Origin: Candidatus Latescibacterota bacterium
Lineage (GTDB): Bacteria > Latescibacterota > UBA2968 > UBA8231
DNA: 64,000 nucleotides
Assembly: GCA_965248355.1 (NCBI GenBank)
Contig: OZ252098.1
Coordinates: 2,432,001-2,496,000 of the forward strand
Direction of reading: 5' to 3'
A program made the translations under genes and the position numbers. Shown here piece by piece: positions 48,375 through 57,836 of the stretch. The notes under the pieces are model-generated. The model did not search any database and was not told the DNA's origin. It worked only from the letters and a program-made list of their open reading frames with translations. Within the stretch, counting starts at the first letter, position 1; each line of letters starts with the position of its first letter.

Positions 48375-51300
48375 CTACTTGTCTTTGCCGGGCGTCCTCG
48401 GTCGCCGAAGCCCATAGTGGCGCATGCGGGAGCGCAGCCGTTCCGGGTTCATGCCCAACAAGCGTGCCGCGCCCCGCTCGCCATAGATGATCCAGTTGGC
48501 GACTCGAAGCGCCGCAAGTAGTTGCTGCTTTTCTTCCGCCCCTTCAGCGGGATGGGGGAGCGGCGAAAACGGGTCCCTAGCGTCGGTGTACTGGGCTCGT
48601 CCCTCAGCCCGCGGAAGCGATAGATCTTCCGCCCGGATGACTCCGTCCTGGGACAACAAGACTGCGCGTTGGATCAGGTGTTCCAGCTCGCGCACATTGC
48701 CGGGCCAGGAATACCGTTCCAGGTGCGCGAGCACGCTGTCGTCTATCGTCGGTGTCGGCCTCTCCAGATGCCGTGCATACCGTTCTGCGAAATGCAATAC
48801 CAAAGCCGGTACATCCTCTTGCCGCTGTCGCAGCGGCGGAAGTTCCAAGGTGAAGACGCTCAGCCGGTAGAACAGGTCTTCACGAAATCTGCCTTCCTGG
48901 ATAGCCTGCCGCATGTCGCGGTTAGTCGCCGCGATGACCCGAACATTCACATTCACGGGCTGCTGGCCGCCAAGGCGGGTGACCGTGCTCTCCTCCAGGA
49001 TGTGCAGCAGCACTCGCTGAGACTCCACCGGCAGATCGCCGATCTCGTCCAGAAAGAGCGTGCCGCCGTCAGCCAATTCAAAGCGGCCGAGTTGCCGGGT
49101 TGCCGCGCCGGTAAAGGCCCCCTTCTCGTGACCGAACAATTCACTTTCTACCAACCCGACCGGTAGCGCCCCGCAATTGACGCGGATAAAGGGTCCCTTG
49201 CGACGAGTGCTTGCCTCGTGGATGGTCTCTGCCAGCAAACCCTTACCGGTGCCAGTCTCACCGAGCACCAGCACCGTCATCTCGGTCTTGGCGACGTCCA
49301 CGGCCTGTCCCATCACTCGGCGCATGGATGCACTCTGGCTGTGCACGACATGGTCGGTAGCTCGCAATACGCTCTCAAGGGCGTGGATCCGCTCCGTCGT
49401 CTTGTCGGGGAGGATCTGAACTCCCAGGCTGGCAACCTCGGAAAGCAAGCCGTCGCGATCCATCGTCCGCACCTCAAAACGGTACTCGCCTACCGGCAGG
49501 GCTCTGTACGAGACCTCATTGGCAGCTGAGTAGGCGCTCCACTGTTCACGGGAGTCGTAACCCAAGAGCCGATGGCTGTAGCGCATCTGTCCAGCTCCCG
49601 TGCGGAAACTGATGCCCTGGAAGCGAATACGTATTTCCGGCGTGCTCTCGGGGCAAGATACGGCCTCTGGAGCAGACGAGACGGTGCCAGCCATCACCTC
49701 GCGAATCACCAAGCCCGGTGGTGTGTGTCCCGTCCGATAGGCGACCAGTCCCGCGCGCGTCCCGAACCAAACCCGGCCACTGCGGTCGCACAGTACCGCT
49801 TCGACCTTGTTCTCCAGGGCGGAGGGCCCCAAGCGTATACTCTGGAAGGTCTCGCCGTCGTAGCGCAGCACGCCGCCCCCACTCGTGCCTATCCAGATGT
49901 TGCCCTGCGAATCGGCGCTAAGGGCCAGGATGCCATTGGCTGTCAGCCCCGATTCCTCGGCAGTAAACCGGCGAACCTGCCGCGTCACGAGATCGAGGGC
50001 AAAGAGCCCCTTCAGCGTGCCTATCCACAGAGTGTCTTCAAACTCCCACAAGACGTTGACATAGGCTATGGACTCCGCACCGGCTAAGTCTGCCGGACGA
50101 AACTCCCCACTCTCGTAACACCAAAGCGCTGGTTGGCATCCAAAAGAGCCAATCCAGACAACTCCAGTCTGATCTTGTATGAGGGTACGGCACCCATGCT
50201 CGAAACGCTCGTCCAACGGGGTGAAACGAGTATCCTCTATCCAGCCGAGACGGCCCTCGCAGTTGCCGACCCAGATACGCCCTTGGCTGTCTTCGCACAG
50301 TGCTGGGAATAGACCAGAGTGGGAATCTTCGGTCACCCCAATCACCTGCGGCGTTTGCCCCTCCCATCTATACACCTGGCCACTGTCTCCACCACTCCAA
50401 ACCCGCCCCTGGCGATCCACCACCATCGCCGAAACCACTTCCTTCATCTCGGATGGGTGAACTTGACCCTCTTCCATGTAGGCCATGCCTCCCATCGTGC
50501 CAATCCACATCCGTCCGTCGGCATCCTCTCCTAAGGACAGAATCTCACGGTCCGGCAGACCGTCCGCCTTGCTGTAGCGGTGTATGCTGGCCAAGTCGCA
50601 ACATACCAGCCCGCCACCCCAAAGCCCGATCCAGATATTGCCTTCACGGTCCTCGTAGGTCAGGCGTGTTTCCGAGAAGTCAATCTCCGGCAGGGCGGCG
50701 GAAAGGGAGTGCCATCCGTGTCCATTGTAGCAGAGCACGCCCCGGCGAGCTAGCCAGAGCCAATCTCGCCCGTCACTACGGATGTGCCGTGTCCCTTGCT
50801 GCACTGCGCCTTCGTCCTCATTGCTCACCTCAATAAACGAGAGACACTCTTCTCCTGGATCATAGCGACCGATCAAGGATTCGGTCCCCGCGTAGCGGAA
50901 GGCGATCCACAGGCAGCCGGTAGAGTCTTGAGCAAACTTCCAGAGACATGCGAGTGACCGATCGCCAGTATCCATCCGTCGGCCGTCCAGACTGAGGATT
51001 CCTCGACCCCACGTGGCCAGCCAAGTAGTGCCGGCGGCATCGGTGACCAGATCATGCACCGTGCCCAGTGGTTGTCCGTCAATGTGGGTTACGGACGTTA
51101 TGCAGCGGCCTTCCGCAACCCACGCCACGCCCGCACCAGTCAACGCCAGAATCGAGCCATCCGGTTGAGGTTGCAGGCCTAGGATCTCGTTTGAAGGCAG
51201 GCCTTGCTCAGTGGTGTACACCTGAAAGCCACGTCCATCGTAAGCGGCAATTCCACCGCCGAAGGTACCGAACAGCAGCTGCCCGTCGGCTGCCTCGGCA

Positions 51301-51509
51301 ATGGCCATGACAGTCAAATTGGGCAAACCGTCCTTGAGGCCAAGAGTATCAAATCTAGCGCTGTCGAACCGGCTGACGCCCCCGTCGGCCGTGGCAATCC
51401 AGAGGTAGCCTAGACGGTCTTGGTAGATGTCCTCCACGTGCATCCCAGCTAGCCCATCGAAAACCGTGTACTGGCTGCTCAACAGGTTTTCAAAGGAGAT
51501 TTCGCTCAT
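48375..51509 (-). CDS. sigma54 enhancer-binding protein with N-terminal two-component-regulator beta-propeller and Y_Y_Y domains
   Basis: Repeated 'EDxxGxxWxGTxGG' blades; 'YRALPVGEYRFEVR'; 'GETGTGK', '[15 protein letters not shown]', 'WPGNVREL'; C-terminal HTH. Confidence 0.92.
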   Translation of the reverse strand: MSEISFENLLSSQYTVFDGLAGMHVEDIYQDRLGYLWIATADGGVSRFDSARFDTLGLKDGLPNLTVMAIAEAADGQLLFGTFGGGIAAYDGRGFQVYTTEQGLPSNEILGLQPQPDGSILALTGAGVAWVAEGRCITSVTHIDGQPLGTVHDLVTDAAGTTWLATWGRGILSLDGRRMDTGDRSLACLWKFAQDSTGCLWIAFRYAGTESLIGRYDPGEECLSFIEVSNEDEGAVQQGTRHIRSDGRDWLWLARRGVLCYNGHGWHSLSAALPEIDFSETRLTYEDREGNIWIGLWGGGLVCCDLASIHRYSKADGLPDREILSLGEDADGRMWIGTMGGMAYMEEGQVHPSEMKEVVSAMVVDRQGRVWSGGDSGQVYRWEGQTPQVIGVTEDSHSGLFPALCEDSQGRIWVGNCEGRLGWIEDTRFTPLDERFEHGCRTLIQDQTGVVWIGSFGCQPALWCYESGEFRPADLAGAESIAYVNVLWEFEDTLWIGTLKGLFALDLVTRQVRRFTAEESGLTANGILALSADSQGNIWIGTSGGGVLRYDGETFQSIRLGPSALENKVEAVLCDRSGRVWFGTRAGLVAYRTGHTPPGLVIREVMAGTVSSAPEAVSCPESTPEIRIRFQGISFRTGAGQMRYSHRLLGYDSREQWSAYSAANEVSYRALPVGEYRFEVRTMDRDGLLSEVASLGVQILPDKTTERIHALESVLRATDHVVHSQSASMRRVMGQAVDVAKTEMTVLVLGETGTGKGLLAETIHEASTRRKGPFIRVNCGALPVGLVESELFGHEKGAFTGAATRQLGRFELADGGTLFLDEIGDLPVESQRVLLHILEESTVTRLGGQQPVNVNVRVIAATNRDMRQAIQEGRFREDLFYRLSVFTLELPPLRQRQEDVPALVLHFAERYARHLERPTPTIDDSVLAHLERYSWPGNVRELEHLIQRAVLLSQDGVIRAEDLSLPRAEGRAQYTDARDPFSPLPHPAEGAEEKQQLLAALRVANWIIYGERGAARLLGMNPERLRSRMRHYGLRRPRTPGKDK

Positions 51510-51714
51510 GCTCGTCACTCCGACGGTTGGGAGTCCCCCGGATCCACGCCTAAGATAGCTCGCTCGGCTTCTTCCTGCGCCTGCCCAATGGCCAAGCCAT
51601 GAGCGGCTCTAGCGCTACCAACGCCACGGCACCGCGAGTTTGTTCGCCGCCCCTCGAGGTCACCAGGGGCCGCATCCAGGCCGGGCACGCGAGGCGACGC
51701 GGGCGCCGGGAGTT

Positions 51715-51980
51715 TCTCGCGCTCCATCACGGCGAGACGTTCGGCCAGGGTGCCCGGGGGCGGGGTCTCTGACGGACGCCGCAGGCGGGGCGGCAGGTCC
51801 GTCTCGTCCACCTGCTGGCCGTTGCAGAGGATGGCGGCGCCTCGGATGACGTTCTCCAGCTCGCGTGTGTTGCCCGGCCAGGCGCATGACCGCAGGAGGT
51901 CCAATGGCGCCGGGCGTGACCTCTTCAACGGGCGGCTCCAGCTCCGACCGACCCGTTGCAGGAAGTGCTCCACGAAGCAG
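51715..51980 (-). pseudogene. Second decayed partial copy of the sigma54 response regulator 3' region
   Basis: 'EHFLQRVG...[39 protein letters not shown]...TLAERLA'. Confidence 0.82.
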
Positions 51981-52224
51981 GGTTCGACGCCCCGGTGCGA
52001 GGGAGGATCCGGGAATGACCGCCGTCAGAAGGGCCGGCCCTACGGTTTGACACATATCTTCGTAGAACCCCAGGGTCCTGTGGCTGCAGGGTCGCGCAAT
52101 CCTGTTCCGTCAACGAAATCTGGGTCGCAGGCCGGGCCATGCCACCAACATACTATGACGACAACTCGTACAAATGAGCACTAGGTGACGGGACCGTACC
52201 CTGGCAGTCAAGACAGGCGCCGGC

Positions 52225-53588
52225 TTATGGGCGCCGCTCCGCCTCCAGCCCGTAGGCGGTGATCTTGGCCAGCAGCGTCTTGCGCGTGATCCCGAGGCGG
52301 GCGGCGGTGCGCGTGCGGTTGTGGCCCTCCTCGGCCAGGGCCTCGGCGATCGCCTGCCGTTCGACCGCGGCGAGACGTTCGGCCAGGGTGCCGACAGCCG
52401 AAGTCTCGGACGGACGGCGCAGGCGGGGCGGCAGGTCGGTCTCGTCCACCTGCCGGCCGTTGCAGAGGATGGCGGCGCCGCGGATGACGTTCTCCAGCTC
52501 GCGCACGTTTCCCGGCCAGGCGTAGGACCGCAGCAGGTCCATGGCCCCGGGCGTCACCCCATCGACCGGCCGCTCCAGCTCCGGACCGACCCGTTGCAGG
52601 AAATGCTCCACGAGCAGGGGCAGATCCTCCAGCCGCTCGCGCAACGGAGGCAGGCGCAGGGAGACGACGTTGAGGCGGTGGAACAGGTCCTCCCGGAAGG
52701 CGCCGTCCTCTACCTGCTGGTGCAGGTCGCGGTTGGTGGCCGCCACGATGCGCACGTCCACGGGGATGGCGGCGGTGCCGCCGATGCGGCTGATCTCGCG
52801 TTCCTGGAGCACGCGCAGGAGCTTGGCCTGAACTTCGGCGGGCAGCTCGCTCACGTCGTCGAGGAACAGGGTGCCGCCGCCGGCCTGCTCGAACCGGCCC
52901 TCGTGGCGGCTGCGGGCGTCGGTGAAGGCTCCTTTCTCGTGGCCGAAGAGCTCGTTCTCCACCAGGCTCGCGGGCAGAGCGGCGCAGTTCAGAGCCACGA
53001 AGGGACCCTCCCGGCGCCGGCTGAGGTTGTGCAGGGCCCGCACTACCAGCTCCTTGCCGGTGCCGCTCTCCCCCTCCACCAGGACCGTGGCCTCCGTCGG
53101 GGCCACCCGCGTCACCTGGGCGCAGACCTCCCGCAGGGCGCCGCTGATGCCGACGACGTTGTCGAGAGCGTAGCGCTCGTCCAGTTGCTCGCGCAGGGCG
53201 GCGACCTCTCCGCGCAGCCGGCGCCGTTCCAGGGCGCGGCGCACCAGGGAGAGCAACTCGTCGTTGTCGAAGGGTTTCTCCAGGTAGTGGAAGGCCCCCT
53301 CCTGGATGGCGCGCACCGCCGTGGCGACGCTCCCGTAGGCGGTCATCATCACCACCTCGCCCATCCCCCGGCGCGCAGGCCGGCCATCGTCTCGAGGCCG
53401 TCTCGTCCGGGAAGGGTGAGGTCCATCAGCACGAGGTCCGGCGGCTCTTCCGCCGCGGCGCGCAGACAGGCCTCCCCGGACTCCACCGACCGCGGGTCGA
53501 GCCCCTCTTCCCGCAGCAGGAGGGTCACGATCTTCCGGATGCGGGCTTCGTCGTCGACGATGAGGACGCGGTCCGGAGCGCGGGTCAT
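52225..53588 (-). CDS. NtrC-type sigma54-dependent response regulator with a frameshift near 53365
   Basis: Receiver domain 'VLIVDDE...[14 protein letters not shown]' in one frame; 'VVMMTAYG...GESGTGKE...GAFTDA...HTH' in another. One extra G in the G5 run restores the frame. Confidence 0.85.
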
Positions 53589-54802
53589 CGCGCCCTCCCG
53601 TCGGAGGGCAGGCGGACGTGCACGGTGGTGCCGGCGCCGGGGCGGCTCTCGATGTCGATCCGGCCGTCGTGCCGCGAGACGATCCCGTAGCACACGGCCA
53701 GGCCGAGGCCGGTGCCCTCCTCGCGGGTGGTGAAGAAGGGATCGAAGACGAGGTCCAGGTCCTCGGCGGGGATGCCGGTGCCCGTGTCGGCGACGCTGAC
53801 GCGGAGGGTGTGATCGGAGCGAACCAGCCCGAGGGAGAGGCGGCCGCCCTCGGCCATGGCCTGCAGCGCGTTCATGCACAGGTTGAGAAATACCTGCTTC
53901 AACTGGTCCGGGTCGCCGCGCGTGCGTCCCTCCGCCTCCGGCAGGACGAGCTCGACCCCCTGGGACCGGGCGGCGCTGTCGAGCAGGCGTCCGACCTGGC
54001 GAAGCAGGGCCGACACGTCGACCTCCTCGAAGTGGGGCGGCGAGGGCCGCGCGAAGGAGAGGAGACCGGCGATGATGCCGTTGATGCGGTCCACCTCGGC
54101 GAGCAGCTCGTCCACGAGGACGGCCTTGTCCGAGCCCTCCTGGAATTCCGGACGGAGGTACTGGATCGTGCTGCGGATGCTGGTCAGGGGATTGCGTATC
54201 TCGTGGGCCGCCCCGGCGGCCAGCTCCCCCAAGGTGGCCAGCCGCTCGGCCCGGTAGAGACCGCGCACGCGCTGGCGTCCCTGGCGCAGGAGCAGGGCGT
54301 TGTGCAGGGCCAGGCCGAAGAGGGGCAGGAGGTCGCGGAGAAGGTCCTCGCGCTCGGACGGAGAGACGCGGACCCCACCCAGCAGGAGAAGACCCACGAG
54401 GTGGTTCATGGACACGACGGGATGGATCACGTCGATGCCGAGGCGCTGCAGGAGGTTGTTCTCGGAATCTGTGAGGTAGTCTCGCACCTGCGGCGCCTCG
54501 AGCAGGTCGAGAGCGGTCTCGTTCACAACGAGCCACTTCACCAGCCGGCTGTCGCGGCCGAAGCTCAGGTCCGTGAGCGCGGCTTCATCGCAGCCGCGGT
54601 GACAGAACGGCGCGAAGGGCTCGCGCCCATCCTCAGCCAGGAGAAGAGCGGCGCGCCGGGCGCCGAGGGCGGTGCGGAGGCGGGCCACCTCTCCCTCGGC
54701 CAGGGGCTCGAGGTCCGTCACCAGGCCCAGGGCCGTCGTGGGGCCGGGCCGGTGGTCCACGGCCTCGCCGCGCGATGGCGCCCGCCGGCGGAACCACGAC
54801 AT
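53585..54802 (-). CDS. Soluble sensor histidine kinase (GAF-like + HisKA + HATPase)
   Basis: 'AHEIRNPL', 'QVFLNLCMNA', 'DTGTGI', 'PFFTT..GTGLGL'; no obvious TM segment. Confidence 0.9.
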   Translation of the reverse strand: MSWFRRRAPSRGEAVDHRPGPTTALGLVTDLEPLAEGEVARLRTALGARRAALLLAEDGREPFAPFCHRGCDEAALTDLSFGRDSRLVKWLVVNETALDLLEAPQVRDYLTDSENNLLQRLGIDVIHPVVSMNHLVGLLLLGGVRVSPSEREDLLRDLLPLFGLALHNALLLRQGRQRVRGLYRAERLATLGELAAGAAHEIRNPLTSIRSTIQYLRPEFQEGSDKAVLVDELLAEVDRINGIIAGLLSFARPSPPHFEEVDVSALLRQVGRLLDSAARSQGVELVLPEAEGRTRGDPDQLKQVFLNLCMNALQAMAEGGRLSLGLVRSDHTLRVSVADTGTGIPAEDLDLVFDPFFTTREEGTGLGLAVCYGIVSRHDGRIDIESRPGAGTTVHVRLPSDGRAR

Positions 54803-54923
54803 GACGGGCCTCACGAAGGTGGTCCGGCCCGGCGGCAGGGCCGGGGCTGGTCGCGGAAGATGCAGAAGATGCCCACGTGCCAGAAGCTACCGTGAAGCGG
54901 TTCGGTGATCCACGACCGCGGCG

Positions 54924-56240
54924 TCAGCGGACGTCGTACCGCCGGAAGGAGAAGTAGGCGCCGAGGAAGCAGGCGCCGTTGGCGATGACCAGGACCAGCA
55001 GGGGGGCCAGGGCCGCGTCGAGGCGTTCGCGCAGGGGCGGTGGGCGAAACTGGAATCGGGGCACCTCTTCTGCAGCAACCGGCTTCATGGAGAAGGGGCC
55101 CCATGAAAAAGGATCCATCTCGTGCTCGCTGTCGGGATCCTGGGCGTCTTCCGCCCGAAGGAACTCGGCAAACTCCCGCCGGTGTTCGTGTGCTTGTTCG
55201 ACGAAAGCACTGTACCGAGCCACACCTGTGACGGTCAGTGCCTCCGACGCGAGACTCAGGGCTGCCACAGGGGACACGAGGGTGGCCTTGCGGGCCACCT
55301 CGACCTGACGAACAAGCAGGGTCCAGTAGTGCCTGAAGGCCTGCTCAACTCGCCGCCGCCGCTCCTCGCGCCCAAGGCCCGGCTCCTGGTCGTGCAAAGC
55401 CGCCCGCTCTGCTTCGGAATGGCCTGGAACCTCCACGAGGTATTCCCCCGCAAGTAGCCCCGCCTGAGGAAGGAACACAGCGAGAAGCGCCCAGAAGACC
55501 AGGCCTGCGAGCAGGGCCAGCGCCGAGTTGTGGGTCCGGCTCGAGGTCCAGAGGCCCAGCCAGAGAAAGACGGAAACGCAGAGAAGGGCGGCGATCCCCA
55601 CGCCCACCAGAGGGGGCCATCCTTCTCCGGGCAATCCCTCCCCGAGCAACTGGATGACGGCGACGGCGGCCACGGCGCCGGTCAGGATCGGCGCCGCGGC
55701 CATGGCAAGACCGGCGAGGTACTTGGCGATCAGCACCTGGTGGCGGGGCACCCGGTTGGCCAGCAGTTGCCGCAGGCATCCACGCTCCTTCTCGCCGGCG
55801 ACGCCGTCGTAGGTCAGCAGCAGGGCCATCAGCGTGCCCAGGGTACCGACGATGAATACCCAGTCGGGGTCGAGGCGGAACAGCAGCGGGTTGGGATCGC
55901 CCCGTCGCTCGAAACCGCCCACGCGCATCGAACGCCAGATGATGGCCACGTTCGGCAGGCCGCGACTGTAGCCGCCGCTGGCGAAAGTCAGGCCGGATGA
56001 CGGCAACCAGAGGTTCTGGTCGGTGAAGAGCAGCTTCGACAGGCTCTGGTGTGCCGAGCTCTCGATGGCCTCTTCATACTCCTCTACGCCAAACCGATGG
56101 CCCTTGCGCTCTTCATCTATGCGCAGGTTCCAGACGGCAGCGCCGAGGACGAAGAGCCCCACGATCGTCACGAAGCTGACAGCAAAGCGCAGGCTCCTCA
56201 GGTGCTCGAGGAGCTCCTTCCAGACGAGTACGCCGAGCAC
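54924..56240 (-). CDS. ABC-2 type permease (type B)
   Basis: 'LVWKELLEHLRSLRF', 'TYDGVAGEKERGCL'. Confidence 0.88.
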   Translation of the reverse strand: MLGVLVWKELLEHLRSLRFAVSFVTIVGLFVLGAAVWNLRIDEERKGHRFGVEEYEEAIESSAHQSLSKLLFTDQNLWLPSSGLTFASGGYSRGLPNVAIIWRSMRVGGFERRGDPNPLLFRLDPDWVFIVGTLGTLMALLLTYDGVAGEKERGCLRQLLANRVPRHQVLIAKYLAGLAMAAAPILTGAVAAVAVIQLLGEGLPGEGWPPLVGVGIAALLCVSVFLWLGLWTSSRTHNSALALLAGLVFWALLAVFLPQAGLLAGEYLVEVPGHSEAERAALHDQEPGLGREERRRRVEQAFRHYWTLLVRQVEVARKATLVSPVAALSLASEALTVTGVARYSAFVEQAHEHRREFAEFLRAEDAQDPDSEHEMDPFSWGPFSMKPVAAEEVPRFQFRPPPLRERLDAALAPLLVLVIANGACFLGAYFSFRRYDVR

Positions 56241-56245
56241 GGCGG

Positions 56246-57790
56246 TCAGCCGATCTGGCGCCGGACGAGCCAGCGCAGGCCGAGGAAGAAGGCGAGGATG
56301 TTGGCGGCCAGCAGCGCGGCAAAGTCGGGGCCTGCGCCACCCAGGAAGGTGGCGACGGAGGGACGGTAGTCCGGGAAACGAGGCACCCGGGATGTGTCAA
56401 CCCCGTCTCCGAAGCCAAGAAGCCGCCGGTCACGTGCTTCCCACCGTCGCCGGGTCTCCTCGCGCGAGTGCAGCTTGTCTTCCGGTACCGGACTGAAGAA
56501 CAGGACCGAGGTGAACAGGCCCTGCTCCCGCATCCAGGCGGCCAGGGTGGCGCGGTGCCTGCGGGCGTGTTCGATGAACCCCTCGAAGGAGCGCAGGTCG
56601 GTACCCGCCAGGGCCGACACGGCGTTGCGGAAGGCGGGGGCGACGAAGAGGCGGCTCAGCTTGCTCGTGAGCCCCACCTGCCGGGCCCGGGCATGGACGA
56701 GGCGGTCCTCCACCTCGGCGATGTCCCTCCCGGCGGCGATCCGTCGCGGCTCGAAACGGCCATAGAATTCGGTGAGAACCGGAACGGTCTCTCTGAACAA
56801 CTCGGAGACTCCGGCTACGCCTCCCACGGATATGTCGGCAAACATCATGGTACTCCCGAACATGCTGTAGTCCCTTCCAAGCCGGCGGCCGTAGTCCTCG
56901 CCCATCTCCATGAAGCGGTCAAAGAACTCATCGCTCAGCCTGCGGTCGATCTCCTCCCACTGCGCCTTCAGTTCCCGCTCCGGCGGCAGCGGCACCACCT
57001 CCCCCACCACGTAGGCCGTGGCCGCGGGGGCCGCGATCGTACAGCCGGCCCAGACCGCGATGCAGGCCACCAGGGCCGTCCCCGACTGGCGGGCCCGGGA
57101 CGAGACCGCCAGACCCGCCAGGTAGAACGCCGACGTGTAGAGCAGCACCGTGGCGAAGATCAGTCCCACCCGCAGCCATTGCCCCCCGGACAGGGACACC
57201 CGCGGCGAGCCGGCCAGGATCAGCGTCGCAAGGAGGAAACCGACCGTCGCCGGCAGCAGACTGCACGCCCCGCCCCCCAGCCACTTGCCCACCAGGATCT
57301 TCCAACGGGCGACGCGATTGGCCGCCATCAGCTTGAGGGTGTTCCCCTCCTGCTCCCCCGAGACCGCGTCGAAGGCGAAGAACAGGGCCATGAGGCTGAA
57401 GAGCAGGCCCGCCACCGTGGCCAGGTCGAAGGGCGGGAAGGCGGCCACCAGCGGGTTCGTCTCCTTCTTCCAGGTCAGCATGGTGGGCACCTTCGCGTGG
57501 GAGAACCGAAGGATCGTCCCCATGCGCTTCTCCAGCCCCTCGCTGAACACGCTCAGCGGCGAGGGCGGCCGCGATACGGTCTCCTCCAGCTGGGCGTAGA
57601 ACTTGATGTCCTCGAGGTCGGCGCGGATGCGCGCCAGCTCGACCTCGTGGGCGTCGAGCCGCCGGGCGTAGTCGGCGCGCAGGACCACGGCGCTCACCGA
57701 CATCAGCACGACGCTGGCGGTCACGGCCAGGCCGAAGCGCCAGGTCAGCAGGCAGGTGAGGAACTCCTTGGCGGCGATGGTGAGGATCAC
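56246..57790 (-). CDS. ABC-2 type permease (type A)
   Basis: 'IAAKEFLTCLLTWRF', 'AFDAVSGEQEGNTL'. Confidence 0.88.
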   Translation of the reverse strand: MILTIAAKEFLTCLLTWRFGLAVTASVVLMSVSAVVLRADYARRLDAHEVELARIRADLEDIKFYAQLEETVSRPPSPLSVFSEGLEKRMGTILRFSHAKVPTMLTWKKETNPLVAAFPPFDLATVAGLLFSLMALFFAFDAVSGEQEGNTLKLMAANRVARWKILVGKWLGGGACSLLPATVGFLLATLILAGSPRVSLSGGQWLRVGLIFATVLLYTSAFYLAGLAVSSRARQSGTALVACIAVWAGCTIAAPAATAYVVGEVVPLPPERELKAQWEEIDRRLSDEFFDRFMEMGEDYGRRLGRDYSMFGSTMMFADISVGGVAGVSELFRETVPVLTEFYGRFEPRRIAAGRDIAEVEDRLVHARARQVGLTSKLSRLFVAPAFRNAVSALAGTDLRSFEGFIEHARRHRATLAAWMREQGLFTSVLFFSPVPEDKLHSREETRRRWEARDRRLLGFGDGVDTSRVPRFPDYRPSVATFLGGAGPDFAALLAANILAFFLGLRWLVRRQIG

Positions 57791-57836
57791 GGGGGTTCAG
57801 CCTCTCATGCGTCGCCAGCCGTCGACGACCCGTGTG

